Assembly (NCBI GenBank): GCA_044345405.1 | Contig: JBIJBE010000043.1 | Span: forward strand, 1-29,481 | Length of the DNA stretch: 29,481 bases | Direction of reading: 5' to 3' | Origin: Bdellovibrionota bacterium | GTDB lineage: Bacteria > Bdellovibrionota_C > UBA2361 > OMII01 | Part shown: in pieces, positions 1 through 8,731 of the stretch | How the letters are laid out: each line of letters starts with the position of its first letter | Numbering within the stretch: the stretch's first letter is position 1 | The notes under the pieces: generated by a model | The model's database searches: none | Seen by the model: only the letters and a program-made list of their open reading frames with translations | Told to the model about the DNA's origin: nothing | Made by a program: the position numbers and the translations under genes

Positions 1-839
1 TAGACAATTCCCTCAATCTCGTTAACGCGAGCGTCAGCACGAATCAAACCTCAAGTTTAAGTCTCTCCAACTCATCATCGAGCGTAGATAATAGCTTGAA
101 CATCGTGAACGCGAGTGTCAGCACCAATCAGACCTCAAGCTTACGTTTGTCGAACTCCTCTTCAAGTGTCGACAATTCGCTCAACCTGGTGAACGCGAGC
201 GTAAGTACAAATCAAACCTCTAGCTTACGTCTGTCGAACTCCTCCTCAAGCGTCGACAACTCGCTTAACCTCGTTAATGCGAGCGTCAGCACGAATCAGA
301 CCTCAAGCCTAAGCCTCTCAAACTCATCATCAAGCGTAGACAATTCACTTAACCTCGTTAACGCGAGCGTAAGCACCAATCAGACATCAAGCTTAAGCCT
401 CTCCAACTCCTCCTCGAGCGTTGATAATTCACTTAATCTCGTGAACGCTAGCATTAGCACCAACCAGACCTTTAGCCTTACCCTCTCCAACTCCTCGTCG
501 AGCGTTGATAACTCACTCAATTTGGTAAACGCGAGCGTCAGTACCAATCAAACCTCTAGCCTCAGGCTCTCGAACTCATCCTCAAGCGTTGATAATTCAC
601 TGAACCTTATTAACGCGAGCGTCAGCACCAATCAGACCTCGAGCTTGAGCCTTTCGAACTCATCTTCAAGCGTCGACAACTCACTCAATCTGGTCAACGC
701 GAGCGTGAGTACCAACCAGACCTCTAGCTTGAGCCTCTCAAACTCATCATCGAGCATCGATAATCGACTGAATATCGTCAATGCAAGTATTAGCACCAAT
801 CAAACATCGAGCCTGAGCTTATCGAACTCCTCCTCGAGC
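1..839 (+). repeat. Coding tandem repeat, 84-nt/28-aa unit (VDNSLNLVNASVSTNQTSSLSLSNSSSS), 10 copies in the window and probably more upstream
   Basis: Read directly. Units are nearly identical in amino acids but differ at many synonymous positions. A degenerate 11th unit follows (LDFELSDAAAKISSASLRVISLSSQSS). Confidence 0.97.
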
Positions 840-1616
840 TTGGACTTCGAACTCTCCGACGCCGCGGCGAAGATTTCGAGCGCTTCTCTCAGAGTTATCT
901 CTCTCTCATCCCAATCGAGTGAGGCGGGATTAGATATCGCCGGCGGGGAGACCATTCCGCGATACATTGAAACGTTAGAGGAACCACAACGTCTCATCCG
1001 GCAATTCATGTCCGCGCTTGAACTTGATTATTCGGACGAGTTATCAGCGGAGCTCTCCGACAGACGTATCCTTAATAGGCTCTACGAACTTCAGGGGCTC
1101 TTTAGTGGCGTGTCTCGTGCGACAGAATTAGTGGCAGAGATAGCGCAGGCGCGTGAAGGGATGCTTGCTGATAAGATGCGAGGCCTTAAGCTGCCGAAGT
1201 CCGATTCCCCGGACGAGCCGAAATCGGACTTTAGGTACGAGGTACTTCGCGCTATCCAGGAGCGCTTCGGTCTCTACGATCCAAACAATCCAACTGACGT
1301 GACCGACCGCTTTGATCCAGACTCGAATCTTCGAGTGGCACTCGGCGAGAATCTGCAGTTCCAAATGGGCAGCGACACCCTTTCAAGTCGAAACCAAGCC
1401 TTACCCCCACCTCGCACCGGGCTCTCCTCGACTCAACCGATCATTGACAACTACGGCCAGGGAGCCAGTCGGATCATATCGTCGGGACAAGCGGTGGTTC
1501 GTGAACTCGAAAATCGTGATGAGGCGAAGAGGGATCGTGATGAGGCGAAGAAGGACCGCGATAAGGACAAGACGGACGACCCCGACGACAGGCGGAGCGG
1601 CCGCTTTAGACGCTAG
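3..1616 (+). CDS. Ser/Asn-rich tandem-repeat protein, 5'-truncated by the window edge; putative glycosylated surface or secreted protein
   Basis: The frame is open from position 3 (DNSLNLVNASVSTNQ...), so the track's TTG at 96 is not the real start. Ten 28-aa repeats are followed by a unique acidic region and a charged RDEAK tail. No recognisable anchor or beta-barrel at the C-terminus. Confidence 0.85.
   Translation, partial: DNSLNLVNASVSTNQTSSLSLSNSSSSVDNSLNIVNASVSTNQTSSLRLSNSSSSVDNSLNLVNASVSTNQTSSLRLSNSSSSVDNSLNLVNASVSTNQTSSLSLSNSSSSVDNSLNLVNASVSTNQTSSLSLSNSSSSVDNSLNLVNASISTNQTFSLTLSNSSSSVDNSLNLVNASVSTNQTSSLRLSNSSSSVDNSLNLINASVSTNQTSSLSLSNSSSSVDNSLNLVNASVSTNQTSSLSLSNSSSSIDNRLNIVNASISTNQTSSLSLSNSSSSLDFELSDAAAKISSASLRVISLSSQSSEAGLDIAGGETIPRYIETLEEPQRLIRQFMSALELDYSDELSAELSDRRILNRLYELQGLFSGVSRATELVAEIAQAREGMLADKMRGLKLPKSDSPDEPKSDFRYEVLRAIQERFGLYDPNNPTDVTDRFDPDSNLRVALGENLQFQMGSDTLSSRNQALPPPRTGLSSTQPIIDNYGQGASRIISSGQAVVRELENRDEAKRDRDEAKKDRDKDKTDDPDDRRSGRFRR
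1513..1551 (+). repeat. 21-nt-period duplication encoding RDEAKRD/RDEAKKD
   Basis: ATCGTGATGAGGCGAAGA occurs at 1513-1530 and 1534-1551. Confidence 0.85.
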
Positions 1617-1704
1617 GGACGCCGACGCATCGTGCGCGCCCCTTCTATATATATAGTGTGGCCGCCGTGCGGATCTGCTAACCTCCTGTACTCGCTAGGC
1701 ACGC

Positions 1705-1732
1705 TCAAGATCTTATCTTCGCCTGCCGACAC
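1705..1732 (+). promoter_or_regulatory. Sigma28/FliA-like promoter for the methyltransferase gene
   Basis: TCAAG-N15-GCCGACAC, about 60 nt before the ATG at 1795. Same geometry as four other intergenic sites. Confidence 0.6.
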
Positions 1733-1794
1733 TACGTTACGAGAGTATATCGGGGATTGCCGTGCCGAAGCCCCGGACTTAACAATGGTTTTCT

Positions 1795-2526
1795 ATGGAT
1801 CATCCACTCTTCAAGGAACGCACCTTTAGAGACGCCTGTCAGAGCGTCGTGGGCCCGTGCAACGGTTTCACCTACCAGGAGCGATGGGAGAAGGAGACCC
1901 CCGATATGGTACGGGCGATCCTTAAGCAAACGGATGCCCCCTCTCCCCGCATCCTCGACTACGGATGCGGTGTCGGTCGGCTCGCCCGAGAGGTGATCAT
2001 GCAACACCCTTCGGCGACCGTTGTTGGCATCGATGAGTCTCCCGTTCAACAACAACACGCTCGCGATTACGTTGATAGCTCTCGATTCACCGCCTGCTTT
2101 CCCCATGAAGCAGATGGATCCTTTGACCTTATTTATTGCATCTACGTTCTTCAACACGTTCCAGCTCTAGACCTTCGGGGTGCCATAGCTCGAATCCATC
2201 ACCGACTCAAACCGGAGGGCCTGTTTGTCTACTGCTCAAGCGATACCCGTATGTCGGTACGTTGGGATAGCTTCTCGTTTTTTGACGATCGATTCTTGGG
2301 AGTCAATATTCGAGCGGAGATAGAAAAACTTTTTGAACCGGTGGGAGATCTCTTTGACAAGGAAACTCTTCGAGAGAATCCGCTACTCCATCGAATGATT
2401 CTCGGGGTAGACCCCGGACAGGACGGCATCGGCGTTACACCAACAGCGTTGGCCCATCCCGCCATAGTCTACAAGCCACGGCCGTACCGGGGGCAGTACT
2501 TTGATGTGCCGCCGATCCCTCGGTAA
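1795..2526 (+). CDS. Class I SAM-dependent methyltransferase
   Basis: Motif I RILDYGCGVGR, VVGIDES, SFDLIYCIYVLQHV and LKPEG. Confidence 0.9.
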   Translation: MDHPLFKERTFRDACQSVVGPCNGFTYQERWEKETPDMVRAILKQTDAPSPRILDYGCGVGRLAREVIMQHPSATVVGIDESPVQQQHARDYVDSSRFTACFPHEADGSFDLIYCIYVLQHVPALDLRGAIARIHHRLKPEGLFVYCSSDTRMSVRWDSFSFFDDRFLGVNIRAEIEKLFEPVGDLFDKETLRENPLLHRMILGVDPGQDGIGVTPTALAHPAIVYKPRPYRGQYFDVPPIPR

Positions 2527-2611
2527 CTCGAATTGACAGGGGAGCCTCTCCCGGGATCGAGATACGGCCGCGGTCGAGCCACGCCCGGGGCGAAATTTGA
2601 GGCGCTAAACT

Positions 2612-3814
2612 CTAGCTACTCGCGAACACCGCTCGCTCTCCTTGGGGAGACTTTGGTTTCGGCGCATCCTCATCCCGCTTCTTCTCAACCTGCGCGGTAA
2701 CGGGCTCAGGAGCCTTAGGGGGATCGTCATCATAAAAGTAGGCGCCACCATCAAAGTGAAGTTTTACCCGGTCAATAACCATCTTCACGGTGATCATATC
2801 GAGGCATTTGGGGATAACCCCTCCGCGACCTATCTGCACCGGCATCTCACAGAGCTGTTCGGGACTCCGCTCTAATCGGTGGCGAACCTCACACCGAGTT
2901 TTTCCGCATCCTCCGACCTCACAGCACGGAAGCATCCCATTGACGTGCAACACATGATGCCCCTCGTACGCGAACCACTGGTATGGCTCCTGGCCTCCGC
3001 TAATGACGACGGCGGCGCGGGAATTAGGGCGAGGCCTCCCATTTCGCTCAAAAGGACGGACCGGTGTAGCGGCGGCGAGATGCATGAGAAAGCCAGGGGC
3101 ACCCACATACCCGGCTGCGTGATACATGAGGCGAATGATCTGACGCAGATCGGTTTTACCCACCAGATCAATAACACCCTTAAGCCGTGGGTGATGCTCC
3201 CCCTCCAGTCCACACTGAACGAACGTTATCTTCCCTTTGAATTCATCCACCACCTTTTGGTATCGCTGTGGATCCCACCATTGCGAGCTCTGGGCATCTG
3301 GACCGCCAGTAACGATGATCCAGAAATTATTAAAGCTGTTCGCCTCCTCAACCTGCGACATCCATCCCCGTTCGATATCCGAGATCGTCACTACCCCTCG
3401 CATCTCGCCGATCGGTAAGAAGGCGGTCAATCCAAGTTTATTGGCGATGTCTTGACCGAACGCGTGAATTTGGTGGTACGAGTTAATATTTCGTAGCCGT
3501 TCAGAGGAGGGAAAGTGGCCCTTTTTCGAGCATACAACGACCTGAATCTCCGTATCATAACAGATAATCTTAGTTTGTTGTTCAGCGAAACCGTACTCGT
3601 TCGCCGCAAGCTCACTTTCACCATCCCAAGGCACAGAGCGCCAATCGAGGCGGGTGAGATGATTATTATAGTCCCATATCGGCATGCCTAGGGTGTGAAC
3701 ATCCACCTGATATCCCCCGTACGAGTGAACCTGCAGATCACGTACCGCGGCCGTCAACAAGAGGGCGTCCGTTAAACTGTCATAATTGACGAGTAGAATC
3801 TTTCGAACCGTCAT
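2612..3814 (-). CDS. GT9-family (ADP-heptose heptosyltransferase-like) glycosyltransferase with Cys-rich C-terminal motif; divergent paralog
   Basis: N-terminal SLTDALLLTAAVRDL, IDLVGKTDLRQIIRL, FLMHLAAA and LPCCEVGGCGKTRC...LC...KCLDMIT. Colinear with 6058-7701. Confidence 0.85.
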   Translation of the reverse strand: MTVRKILLVNYDSLTDALLLTAAVRDLQVHSYGGYQVDVHTLGMPIWDYNNHLTRLDWRSVPWDGESELAANEYGFAEQQTKIICYDTEIQVVVCSKKGHFPSSERLRNINSYHQIHAFGQDIANKLGLTAFLPIGEMRGVVTISDIERGWMSQVEEANSFNNFWIIVTGGPDAQSSQWWDPQRYQKVVDEFKGKITFVQCGLEGEHHPRLKGVIDLVGKTDLRQIIRLMYHAAGYVGAPGFLMHLAAATPVRPFERNGRPRPNSRAAVVISGGQEPYQWFAYEGHHVLHVNGMLPCCEVGGCGKTRCEVRHRLERSPEQLCEMPVQIGRGGVIPKCLDMITVKMVIDRVKLHFDGGAYFYDDDPPKAPEPVTAQVEKKRDEDAPKPKSPQGERAVFASS

Positions 3815-3822
3815 GGCCTCCC

Positions 3823-6033
3823 CTATCCCCCATGCTTCTGGAATACATCCAGAAGAAACTGCTCACACTCAGTAACTACCCTCTGATTAGAATAGAGAAC
3901 CGAACTCTTCTCAACGAGCTCCTTTCGAGTCGCCTCACGCAGATCGTTGTTACGTCCGAGCTCCACAGCGATGCGACAATAGTCATCGATATCTTGAGCA
4001 ATCAGGGATTCGACCCCCATATGCCGATAGCACGCGTAACTGATGCGGGCACGAAGGAATTCACTCGGCAGCGTGACTACCGGAGTCCCAAACGACAGTG
4101 CTTGAATAGTGGTGCTTCCGCCGCCAAAATGAATAGGATCAAGCATCACGTCGGCCATCTTAATCAAGCCGAGGAACCCCTCGTGCGACAATCGAGGAAT
4201 AAACCGAATACGATCCATGACACCGGGAACATTTCGCTGAAGGCGCTCTTTAATAAGTGTAGAGTGATGAGCGCAGGTCCCCTCAAGGAGCACAAGCTCA
4301 CCTTTCGGATCGCCCTCAAGTACGCCTTGGACGATGCGGTCGAAATCAGGATGAAATTTAAAGAGCGTCTGCGGACACATGTAGACGTTAGCGTCCGCTC
4401 CTACACCTAGAGAGTCTCGTGTCACAATCTCCCGCGCCTCGGGACGAAGGTAGTACGTATTCAGGGTATCAAGCTTTACGAGCTCCTCTGTGTAGTGATC
4501 CTGGGCGTGGGGCAACTCTAATTCCTTTGAGGACACGAAGTAATCAATCGTAGAGATCCCGGTAGTTAACGGATGCCCCCAGGTGGTGCATTGCACGGGA
4601 GCGAGCCTGTTAAAGGCGAGGAAGTAGGTTAATGGCTCCATCCCAAGGTCGGGATAGTACAGAATATCGAGCTCTTGACCCTGTATGACCTCACGAGCGG
4701 CCTTCATGTCAATCGGCAACCGAAACTCGTGATCTACCCGCTGAATGAGCGATTGGGGAATGCGGTGCGCCAACGGTTGTGTGTGGAAGAGGGATATCTC
4801 AAAACGATCTCTATCGAGACGGGCGAAGAGGTCTGCCCAGAGAATACCGATAGTGTGGAACGATAGGTGTCGGCTACAGATACCGAGCCGGATCTTTCCT
4901 TCACGTCGACGGCGACCGATATGTGGCGCTTCATACGTAAGAATGGGAGTGAACTGGCGAAATATATCCGCGGTCTTTTTCTGCAACTCGCGGTCGTTGT
5001 ACCCGTGGTACGCTAAGTAAAAGTTCGTCGAGCCAACCTGGCCTAAGGGATCCTCAATCGTGCCAGAATAGTTTTTAAGGTCGTCAAGAGCCGCATGCAA
5101 CTCCTCTCGGGTGCGTGTAATACCTTCATTCGACTCCATGATAGCGGGAATAATTAAAGCTTTGCGAACCCGAACGCCCATAGCTTTTGGGTCAATCTCG
5201 AGCAAATCGCCACAAAGTTTTTGAGCCTCCCGATATTGACCATCGTTGGCGAACACGCATGAAAGGTTTCCCTTCGCGTCAACATGCTTCGGATCAACCT
5301 CGATCGCCTTCTCATACGCGGCGATGGAGCGGGGGGTATCCGACATATCTCGGTAAAGACCTCCGATCTCATTCCACGCGTTCGCGTTGGTCGGCTCAAT
5401 TCGAACGGCTCGTTTAAGGATGGCGAGGGCCTCCATGTCCGTTCCCATCTCTCGAAACAATTTGGCTAAACTTCGATAGGCGTCAACGAGGGATGGTCGC
5501 TCCTTAATCGCCTCCATAAAGAGGGCTCGAGCGAGACCGAACTGTCGCTGTTCGAGATATACCGTGCCGAGATTATTCATCGCCTCAGCATAGTGAGGCT
5601 CTAGCTCTAAAGCCTTCTTAAAGCTCGTTTCAGCACCGGCCAGGTCCTCCGTACGTTGCTGTATCAGACCTAACGTTAACCACGCCTGATGCTGTCTTGG
5701 GTCGGTGGCCACACATCTGTCGAGCAGTTCCCCGGCCTCATCCAACTTTGAGGCGGAGTACAGTACTAAACCTAATCCTCTAAGGGCATTCACGTCCCGC
5801 GGATTGATCGCGAGCGCTTTCCGTAAAACCTCTTCACCTTCCCCAGATCGGTCGAGACGCCAATAGGAGAGGCCTAATCCAACAAGGGCATCTACCGAGA
5901 GAGGCTGGCCTTCCAGGATTAACTCAAACAAAGGAACAGCAACGTCGATGTCACCAACGTTATAGGCTCGCAGGGCTTGCTCCAGGGTCGCCGTGGTTTC
6001 TTTCGATGTTTGCGCAAGCGCCTTAGCGTTCAT
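3823..6033 (-). CDS. TPR-containing GT41-family glycosyltransferase (O-GlcNAc transferase/SPINDLY-like)
   Basis: About 8 N-terminal TPRs (AEAMNNLG, AWNEIG), then SRHLSFHTIG, RLAPVQCTTWGHPLTTGISTIDYF, CPQTLFKFHP and DVMLDPIHFGGGSTTIQALSFGTPVVTLP. Confidence 0.9.
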   Translation of the reverse strand: MNAKALAQTSKETTATLEQALRAYNVGDIDVAVPLFELILEGQPLSVDALVGLGLSYWRLDRSGEGEEVLRKALAINPRDVNALRGLGLVLYSASKLDEAGELLDRCVATDPRQHQAWLTLGLIQQRTEDLAGAETSFKKALELEPHYAEAMNNLGTVYLEQRQFGLARALFMEAIKERPSLVDAYRSLAKLFREMGTDMEALAILKRAVRIEPTNANAWNEIGGLYRDMSDTPRSIAAYEKAIEVDPKHVDAKGNLSCVFANDGQYREAQKLCGDLLEIDPKAMGVRVRKALIIPAIMESNEGITRTREELHAALDDLKNYSGTIEDPLGQVGSTNFYLAYHGYNDRELQKKTADIFRQFTPILTYEAPHIGRRRREGKIRLGICSRHLSFHTIGILWADLFARLDRDRFEISLFHTQPLAHRIPQSLIQRVDHEFRLPIDMKAAREVIQGQELDILYYPDLGMEPLTYFLAFNRLAPVQCTTWGHPLTTGISTIDYFVSSKELELPHAQDHYTEELVKLDTLNTYYLRPEAREIVTRDSLGVGADANVYMCPQTLFKFHPDFDRIVQGVLEGDPKGELVLLEGTCAHHSTLIKERLQRNVPGVMDRIRFIPRLSHEGFLGLIKMADVMLDPIHFGGGSTTIQALSFGTPVVTLPSEFLRARISYACYRHMGVESLIAQDIDDYCRIAVELGRNNDLREATRKELVEKSSVLYSNQRVVTECEQFLLDVFQKHGG

Positions 6034-6057
6034 AGTGCTACCGATATGCTCCGTACC

Positions 6058-7701
6058 CTATGGCTTCATGAAAATTAACTCTTTCCCCATCGAGCCGACA
6101 CGGTGAGTAACTCGCCGAATTCGATCCGTTTCATCCTTTAAAAGAGAAAGCCCGGCGTCCTGTAATCGCCCCTGCCATTCCTCTATCCATGCGGCGCCGG
6201 CATTTTTATTGTCGGCGGGTGGCATAAGAACGAGCACTCCTCCCTTCGCCAAATTGCTCACGATCGTGTCGGAAAGATTCTCGGCGGAGCGCCCCACATG
6301 ATTCGCGGCGCTTGCGGTTAGGATGAGGTCGTATTTCACCGGGCTCTTCCAATAGTCCCGCCCTAGATCACACATCGATATTCGCGAAACGGGAAGGTCC
6401 TCATCAAGCTCAACAATCTCGGTGTGTTCGCGAATACCATACAGGTCGACACCGCTCTTATGGAGAATCTTGATAAGCTCGGTCCGGTCACACCCGATAT
6501 CGAGCATCATTCGAGGTTGAAATCGGTCAAGGAGATATTTGGCTAACATACCACTCTCCCATTTCTCAATCTCAGGGTCTCGCTCTTCCAGTGAGTCGTG
6601 ATTGTTGTATCGAAGGAGGTCACCCTCGTAGTAGAGCGAGATCGACTCGCACACCATCTGAGGGGTAATCATGGTTTGGCACTTCCCTATTTGCAGGGTC
6701 TCGGAGACCTTAACGGGATAGGTACACAGGTTTTCGTCTTTGGGATCGTTGTCTCCTACCGGTTGGCACCGACTCTTCCAACATCCACCTCGAGTGCAAC
6801 ATGGAAGCGCCCCGACCGTGTGCATGAATTGGTGATGTGGGTAGGCCTCCCAGTGCATCGCCTCACGGCCCCCCGCCAAAACGATACAGGGCCGATTGGC
6901 TGGCAACTTGTTACCGTTTGCGTCAAAGGTCCTCATGGGGACCGCCGCGGCAAGGTGCATCGCAAAAGTAACTGGACAGATAACCCCGGTCGCGTGATGC
7001 ATCAAACGAATCAGTTGGCGCGCCGAAGTCTTACCGATCAGATTAACAACGCCCTCAAGTGGTGGATGGAAGTGAGATGGATCACCGCACTGCACGAAGA
7101 GAATGCGACCTTTGAAGTGGTCAACCACCGCTTGATATGAGTCAGGATTCCACCATTTGGCGGTGTAATCGTACTTTCCTCCTGAGAAGATCAACCAAAA
7201 GTTTTCGTGGATGCCGAGCTCCTGGACCTGGCTCATCCACAACTTCTCCTCGTGAGAGAGATGAATATCTCCCTTGAATTCAGTAACCGGCACCCTTACT
7301 CCGAGCTTCTGCTCTAGGTCTTGAGCGTACCCGTGAATAAAGTGATAGGCGTTCTGATTACTGCGATTAATTGAAGCTTGATAGTCACCGTCATACCCGC
7401 AGTCAAAAACCTCGATATCAGGGTCATCAACGATAATTTTAAGTTCACGCGCCGGGACGAGTCTCTCCCTCTCATTCTCCGGCTCGGTCTGATCGCCTAG
7501 CCTCTCCACCCGATAGGGAAGTCGGGTGATATATGGATTATGCTCCCAAATCTCTCCCACCGAGGTATAGACATCCGTGATAAATTCCCCAGGATGCGCT
7601 CTGTGAAGATCACGAACAGCGGACGTCATCATCATGATATCCCCCGGCGAGAGGAGATTGATCAGAAGAAGCTTTCGCTTTCGTGTAAGGATCTCAACCA
7701 T
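6058..7701 (-). CDS. GT9-family glycosyltransferase with Cys-rich motif, fused to a C-terminal methyltransferase-like domain
   Basis: SPGDIMMMTSAVRDL, GGKYDYTAKWW, NLIGKTSARQL, FAMHLAAA and LPCCTRGGCWKSRC...C...KCQTMIT. C-terminal MLDIGCD...YDLIL...LAKGGVLVL. Confidence 0.85.
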   Translation of the reverse strand: MVEILTRKRKLLLINLLSPGDIMMMTSAVRDLHRAHPGEFITDVYTSVGEIWEHNPYITRLPYRVERLGDQTEPENERERLVPARELKIIVDDPDIEVFDCGYDGDYQASINRSNQNAYHFIHGYAQDLEQKLGVRVPVTEFKGDIHLSHEEKLWMSQVQELGIHENFWLIFSGGKYDYTAKWWNPDSYQAVVDHFKGRILFVQCGDPSHFHPPLEGVVNLIGKTSARQLIRLMHHATGVICPVTFAMHLAAAVPMRTFDANGNKLPANRPCIVLAGGREAMHWEAYPHHQFMHTVGALPCCTRGGCWKSRCQPVGDNDPKDENLCTYPVKVSETLQIGKCQTMITPQMVCESISLYYEGDLLRYNNHDSLEERDPEIEKWESGMLAKYLLDRFQPRMMLDIGCDRTELIKILHKSGVDLYGIREHTEIVELDEDLPVSRISMCDLGRDYWKSPVKYDLILTASAANHVGRSAENLSDTIVSNLAKGGVLVLMPPADNKNAGAAWIEEWQGRLQDAGLSLLKDETDRIRRVTHRVGSMGKELIFMKP

Positions 7702-7865
7702 ACAAACGTAGTAGAACGCGATGGCGGCAAGGGATTCATTTCTCTCGCCGCGTTACACATCACTCGAACGTGAACAGCCACTTCACAACTACAACGTACG
7801 TCGGGAGAGGGCCCCCCGGGAGAATTCGGGGGACCCGTGCAGGGAAGGAACTCCCTGCACCTCTC

Positions 7866-7893
7866 ATATCGACAGTTTAGAGTCTGGGATTGA
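7866..7893 (-). promoter_or_regulatory. Sigma28/FliA-like promoter for the GT9-GT41-GT9 operon
   Basis: Minus strand reads TCAAT-N15-GTCGATAT. Confidence 0.55.
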
Positions 7894-7907
7894 GTGAAAA
7901 GTTTGGG

Positions 7908-7935
7908 TTAAGTCCTCGGAAAGTTTTGCCGACCC
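7908..7935 (+). promoter_or_regulatory. Sigma28/FliA-like promoter for the FkbM gene, back-to-back with the previous site
   Basis: TTAAG-N15-GCCGACCC. Confidence 0.55.
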
Positions 7936-7990
7936 TCTAGGTAGAAACAGCAAACAATTATCGTTGGATTATCAATGGGTTAGCCAATAT

Positions 7991-8731
7991 ATGGAGAGTG
8001 GAGAGGCAGACACCATTGAGGTTGAGGGCCAAGGGAAGCGATACACCGTTACCTTCGCCAACTCCCATAACGTCCGCGACCACCTTCTCGAGGTGCTATT
8101 CGGCAACGCCTACGTCCTTCCGAGGAGTGGCACCTTAAAGCCGAAACAGATAATCGACGTCGGGGCGAATGTTGGAGCATCCGCGATCTTTCTTCGACAC
8201 AACTATCCGAACGTACCGATCGTCTGCTACGAACCGGCCGTAGACAACCTCGCCTTTCTTCGCCTTAACGCCAAACAGGCGGAGCCGATCGAGATAGTTC
8301 CGTGTGGCTTAGCGGAGCGAAGCGGTACAGCTCGCCTTTACCATGGGGTTCTGTTTCAACTTCAAAACTCGATCTACCCAAGTCGAGAGACTGATTCGAG
8401 TACGTACGAGGAGATTCAGGTTCTCGAAGCGGGCAAAGAGCTTGAATCTAGGATCGTACCGGGGACACTGCTTAAAATGGACACCGAGGGTTGCGAACTT
8501 GAGATCCTTCGGTCAATTACCAACCGTCTCAACGACCTGGCCATCATCTTTCTTGAGTTTCACAGCGAGTCGGAGCGCCGTGAGATAGACAGGATTCTTG
8601 AGTCCACGCATACCCTTTTCTCCGGGAAGATAACGGATCCACATCGAGGAACGTTGGGGTATATCCACTCAGAAACCCTTCGCCAACATCCCGATATAAG
8701 CTGGCTCGAGATACGACACGGTAAAAACTAG
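7991..8731 (+). CDS. FkbM-family methyltransferase
   Basis: IIDVGANVG, CYEP, LKMDTEGCE and LEFH. ATG 7991 chosen; TTG 7964 is an alternative start. Confidence 0.88.
   Translation: MESGEADTIEVEGQGKRYTVTFANSHNVRDHLLEVLFGNAYVLPRSGTLKPKQIIDVGANVGASAIFLRHNYPNVPIVCYEPAVDNLAFLRLNAKQAEPIEIVPCGLAERSGTARLYHGVLFQLQNSIYPSRETDSSTYEEIQVLEAGKELESRIVPGTLLKMDTEGCELEILRSITNRLNDLAIIFLEFHSESERREIDRILESTHTLFSGKITDPHRGTLGYIHSETLRQHPDISWLEIRHGKN

Noticed and set aside
1-839. Regular 84-nt periodicity as a CRISPR array
   Set aside because: There are no unique spacers. The whole unit repeats, stays in frame and varies mainly at synonymous sites, so it is a coding repeat.
1645-1656. Palindrome CTATATATATAG resembling an NrdR box
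   Set aside because: The C-to-G spacing is 2 bp longer than the consensus, it is a single copy, and it is not next to a nucleotide-metabolism gene.
1795-8731. Glycosylation cluster as a mobile island
   Set aside because: No integrase, transposase, tRNA or flanking direct repeats are visible, and I could not quantify a compositional shift by eye.
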